Positions 61,616-64,000 of a DNA stretch of 64,000 nt are shown piece after piece. The notes below the pieces were generated by a model. It had not been told where the DNA came from. It worked only from the letters and a program-made list of their open reading frames with translations, and ran no database searches. Position numbers and translations under genes: made by a program. The stretch lies in assembly GCA_902583715.1 (NCBI GenBank), contig CACHXC010000001.1:147049-211048 (forward strand), given 5' to 3'. Source of the stretch: an uncultured SAR116 cluster alpha proteobacterium. GTDB taxonomy: Bacteria; Pseudomonadota; Alphaproteobacteria; Puniceispirillales; Puniceispirillaceae. Positions within the stretch are counted from its first letter, which is position 1. Every line of letters begins with the position of its first letter.

Positions 61616-62272
61616 ATGACAAGGCGCGGGTTGTTCATCACATTTGAAGGTGGTGAGGGATGTGGGAAAACAACGCAAATTCAGAAGCTTGCTAACAGAA
61701 TCAAAAGCATAGTGTCAATCCCGTTTGTCGTCACCCGAGAGCCAGGCGGCGCCCCGTCGGCTGAATTGATCAGAGGCCTTTTGGTGAATGGTGATGCCGA
61801 AAAATGGCGGCCAGCTACAGAAGGCTTGTTGATGTCGGCGGCACGGCATGAGCATGTAGAACAGATCATTCGGCCGGCGCTGGCGCAAAATAAGCTGGTT
61901 ATGTCTGATCGATTTGTTGATTCAACGATTGTGTATCAAGGGATCGTTGGCGGCGTGGCACGTAATGATATTGATGCCATGAGTCACATTGCCTGCGGTG
62001 ACATATATCCAGATGTAACAATTATTCTGGATATCGATAGCCAGATCGGTCTTGCACGGGCCAAATCGCGCAGTGCTGGTGAAGATCGATTTGAGGCGAA
62101 AGGCCTGGAGTATCACGAAAAAGTGCGGGCCGGATTTCTTGATATAGCGGCCGATGACCCGTCGCGTTTTGTGGTGATCAATGCCAACCGCACGCCAGAT
62201 GACATTGCTGAAGATATTTGGCAAGCGGTGCGCCCACTTCTCCAAGCCTGTGGTTTGATTGGCAATGGATAA
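61616..62272 (+). CDS. tmk: Thymidylate kinase
   Basis: FITFEGGEGCGKTTQ, TREPGG, DRFVDSTIVYQG. Confidence 0.95.
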   Translation: MTRRGLFITFEGGEGCGKTTQIQKLANRIKSIVSIPFVVTREPGGAPSAELIRGLLVNGDAEKWRPATEGLLMSAARHEHVEQIIRPALAQNKLVMSDRFVDSTIVYQGIVGGVARNDIDAMSHIACGDIYPDVTIILDIDSQIGLARAKSRSAGEDRFEAKGLEYHEKVRAGFLDIAADDPSRFVVINANRTPDDIAEDIWQAVRPLLQACGLIGNG

Positions 62273-63344
62273 TTCAGTAGCGACCGTCACTGAAGCAGAA
62301 CTCACAGCGCCGATTCAGGGTCATGATCATTTTTTGGCGGATCTTGCCAAGTCATTATCTGGTGGGCGGATGCATCATGCGTGGTTACTCACCGGACCCG
62401 TCGGCATTGGTAAGGCCAGTATGGCCAGATTAGTGGCGGCTTGGCTTTTATCGGAACAAGCGCGGCCGGGAGCACCAGGTGGCATGGACTCCACCAAAAT
62501 TACCATTGACGCAAGTGATTCCGGCGCCAGCCTTGTCCTAAAAGGGGCACATCCCGATTACAAACTCATCTCTCCACTGGCTGAAGATAATAGATCAGGC
62601 CAGATCAAAATTGATCAAATTCGTGAATTGCTTCCATTCATGATGCATAAGCCAGCACGTGGTGGATGGCGTGTCGCGGTTATTGATTCGATGGATGTGG
62701 TGAACCGTAACGGTGCAAATGCCTTGCTTAAATTGCTTGAAGAACCACCAGAACAAGCCCTCATATTCCTAATTGCCTCACAAATTGGACATCTACCACC
62801 AACGATACGGTCACGATGCCGCCTTGTTCGCATGACAAGATTAGCGCCAGAGGCCTGTTTGATGGCACTACGCCGCATATGGCCAGACGCAGACACAGGC
62901 CAGCTTGATATTTTGGTTAAATTATCTCAAGGCGCCCCCGGTCAAGCAGTGCAACTCGCCGATAGTGGTGCCGCCGATCTATATCAGGTGGTATGTGCGT
63001 TGCTACAATCATCACCGCTTGACCGACCAGCCCTTGCCAGCGCTTGTGCAAAATGGGGGCGGGGGACAGCTGCCGGCCGAAACTTAAGGGTAGGGGCCAT
63101 ATTTTGTGTAGACAGATTATTGCGCCATGCCGCATTGCGCGCCAGCGATGTTCGGGCAGATCACCTCTGCGATTTCGAAATGCCAGTGATTGAGCGGCTG
63201 GCTAGCAACCATACCGCCGCACAATTGGCGCGCTTCCATGATGCATTTGTGACGAAGGCCGCACAAGCCGAGGGGCTCTATCTCGATTTTGCCCGGTTTT
63301 TAGAACGTCATCTGACAAAAATATTTGATAAAACCTTGCCCTGA
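62265..63344 (+). CDS. holB: DNA polymerase III subunit delta'
   Basis: HAWLLTGPVGIGKA, HPD, ANALLKLLEEPP, TIRSRC; tmk-holB-metG synteny. Confidence 0.92.
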   Translation: MDNSVATVTEAELTAPIQGHDHFLADLAKSLSGGRMHHAWLLTGPVGIGKASMARLVAAWLLSEQARPGAPGGMDSTKITIDASDSGASLVLKGAHPDYKLISPLAEDNRSGQIKIDQIRELLPFMMHKPARGGWRVAVIDSMDVVNRNGANALLKLLEEPPEQALIFLIASQIGHLPPTIRSRCRLVRMTRLAPEACLMALRRIWPDADTGQLDILVKLSQGAPGQAVQLADSGAADLYQVVCALLQSSPLDRPALASACAKWGRGTAAGRNLRVGAIFCVDRLLRHAALRASDVRADHLCDFEMPVIERLASNHTAAQLARFHDAFVTKAAQAEGLYLDFARFLERHLTKIFDKTLP

Positions 63345-63413
63345 TCCGATGTCTGGGCTACCTCAATGACGGGCAGTTAATTATTTTTATCGGCGAACAG
63401 TCGGGTACCGCAA

Positions 63414-64000
63414 ATGGCGCAGACTTATTATATCACAACCCCCATCTATTACGTTAATGACAAGCCGCATATTGGTCATGCCTATACAACCTTGGCCTGT
63501 GATGTATTGGCGCGATTTAAGCGACTAGATGGGTTTGACGTCACTTTTCTCACCGGGACTGATGAACATGGTCAAAAAGTTGAAAAGGCGGCGTCTGATA
63601 AAGGCGTGTCTCCCCAGTCATTTACCGATGAGGTCAGCCAGAATTTTAGAGACCTGACAGCCCAGATGAATTTTTCAAATGATGACTTCATCCGCACCAC
63701 AGAACAACGTCACAAGCTTGCCTGTCAGGAAATTTGGCAGCGTTTAGAGGAACGTGGCCATATTCGGCTTGGAAATTATGCTGGCTGGTATTCTGTCCGC
63801 GATGAAGCGTTTTTTACCGAAACCGAGGTTGTTGACGGAAAAGCACCTACCGGTGCGCCGGTCGAATGGGTGGAAGAGCCATCCTATTTTTTCAATTTAT
63901 CTGAGTGGCAACAACCACTTTTTGATCACTATGAGGCCAACCCTGATTTTGTTGGTCCAGAAAGCCGGTTTAATGAAGTCAAAAGCTTCGTCAAAGGGGG
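63414..64000 (+). CDS. metG: Methionyl-tRNA synthetase (partial, runs off the window)
   Basis: YYITTPIYYVNDKPHIGHAYTT, FLTGTDEHGQK, DDFIRTT. Confidence 0.95.
   Translation, partial: MAQTYYITTPIYYVNDKPHIGHAYTTLACDVLARFKRLDGFDVTFLTGTDEHGQKVEKAASDKGVSPQSFTDEVSQNFRDLTAQMNFSNDDFIRTTEQRHKLACQEIWQRLEERGHIRLGNYAGWYSVRDEAFFTETEVVDGKAPTGAPVEWVEEPSYFFNLSEWQQPLFDHYEANPDFVGPESRFNEVKSFVKG

Noticed and set aside
1-64000. CRISPR array, rRNA or IS transposase
   Set aside because: No regularly spaced repeats, rRNA-like sequence or transposase motifs seen

Overview
Window from a marine alphaproteobacterium-like chromosome (SAR116/Puniceispirillum-like gene content; this assignment is inference). It has three zones. 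(1) 1-13.5 kb: scattered metabolic genes (photolyase-like, CoxG, SDR, metC, B12-independent methionine synthase-like, D-threonine aldolase-like, yaaA), an orphan flagellin with a sigma28-like promoter, and several nonsense pseudogenes. (2) ~13.56-53.44 kb: a visibly AT-richer accessory island built up at the 3' end of tRNA-Ser(TGA) (53430-53519, minus strand), with att-like copies of the tRNA end at 42543 and, degenerate, at 27061. The tRNA-proximal 10.9-kb module carries an amber-interrupted tyrosine integrase, AlpA, an HTH gene and a coupled two-gene candidate defence system: a 1487-aa sacsin-like GHKL ATPase with apparently permuted motifs and a DUF3883-type nuclease, followed by a NERD nuclease-SF1 helicase. 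The island also holds three unannotated anti-Shine-Dalgarno sRNA candidates (two MmgR/suhB-like, one AbcR/cuckoo-like), a TRAP operon and many small marine-type proteins. (3) 53.7-64 kb: core genes (RND efflux pair, mltB, rlpA, dacA, tmk, holB, partial metG). All family assignments come from motif recognition by eye; no searches were run.
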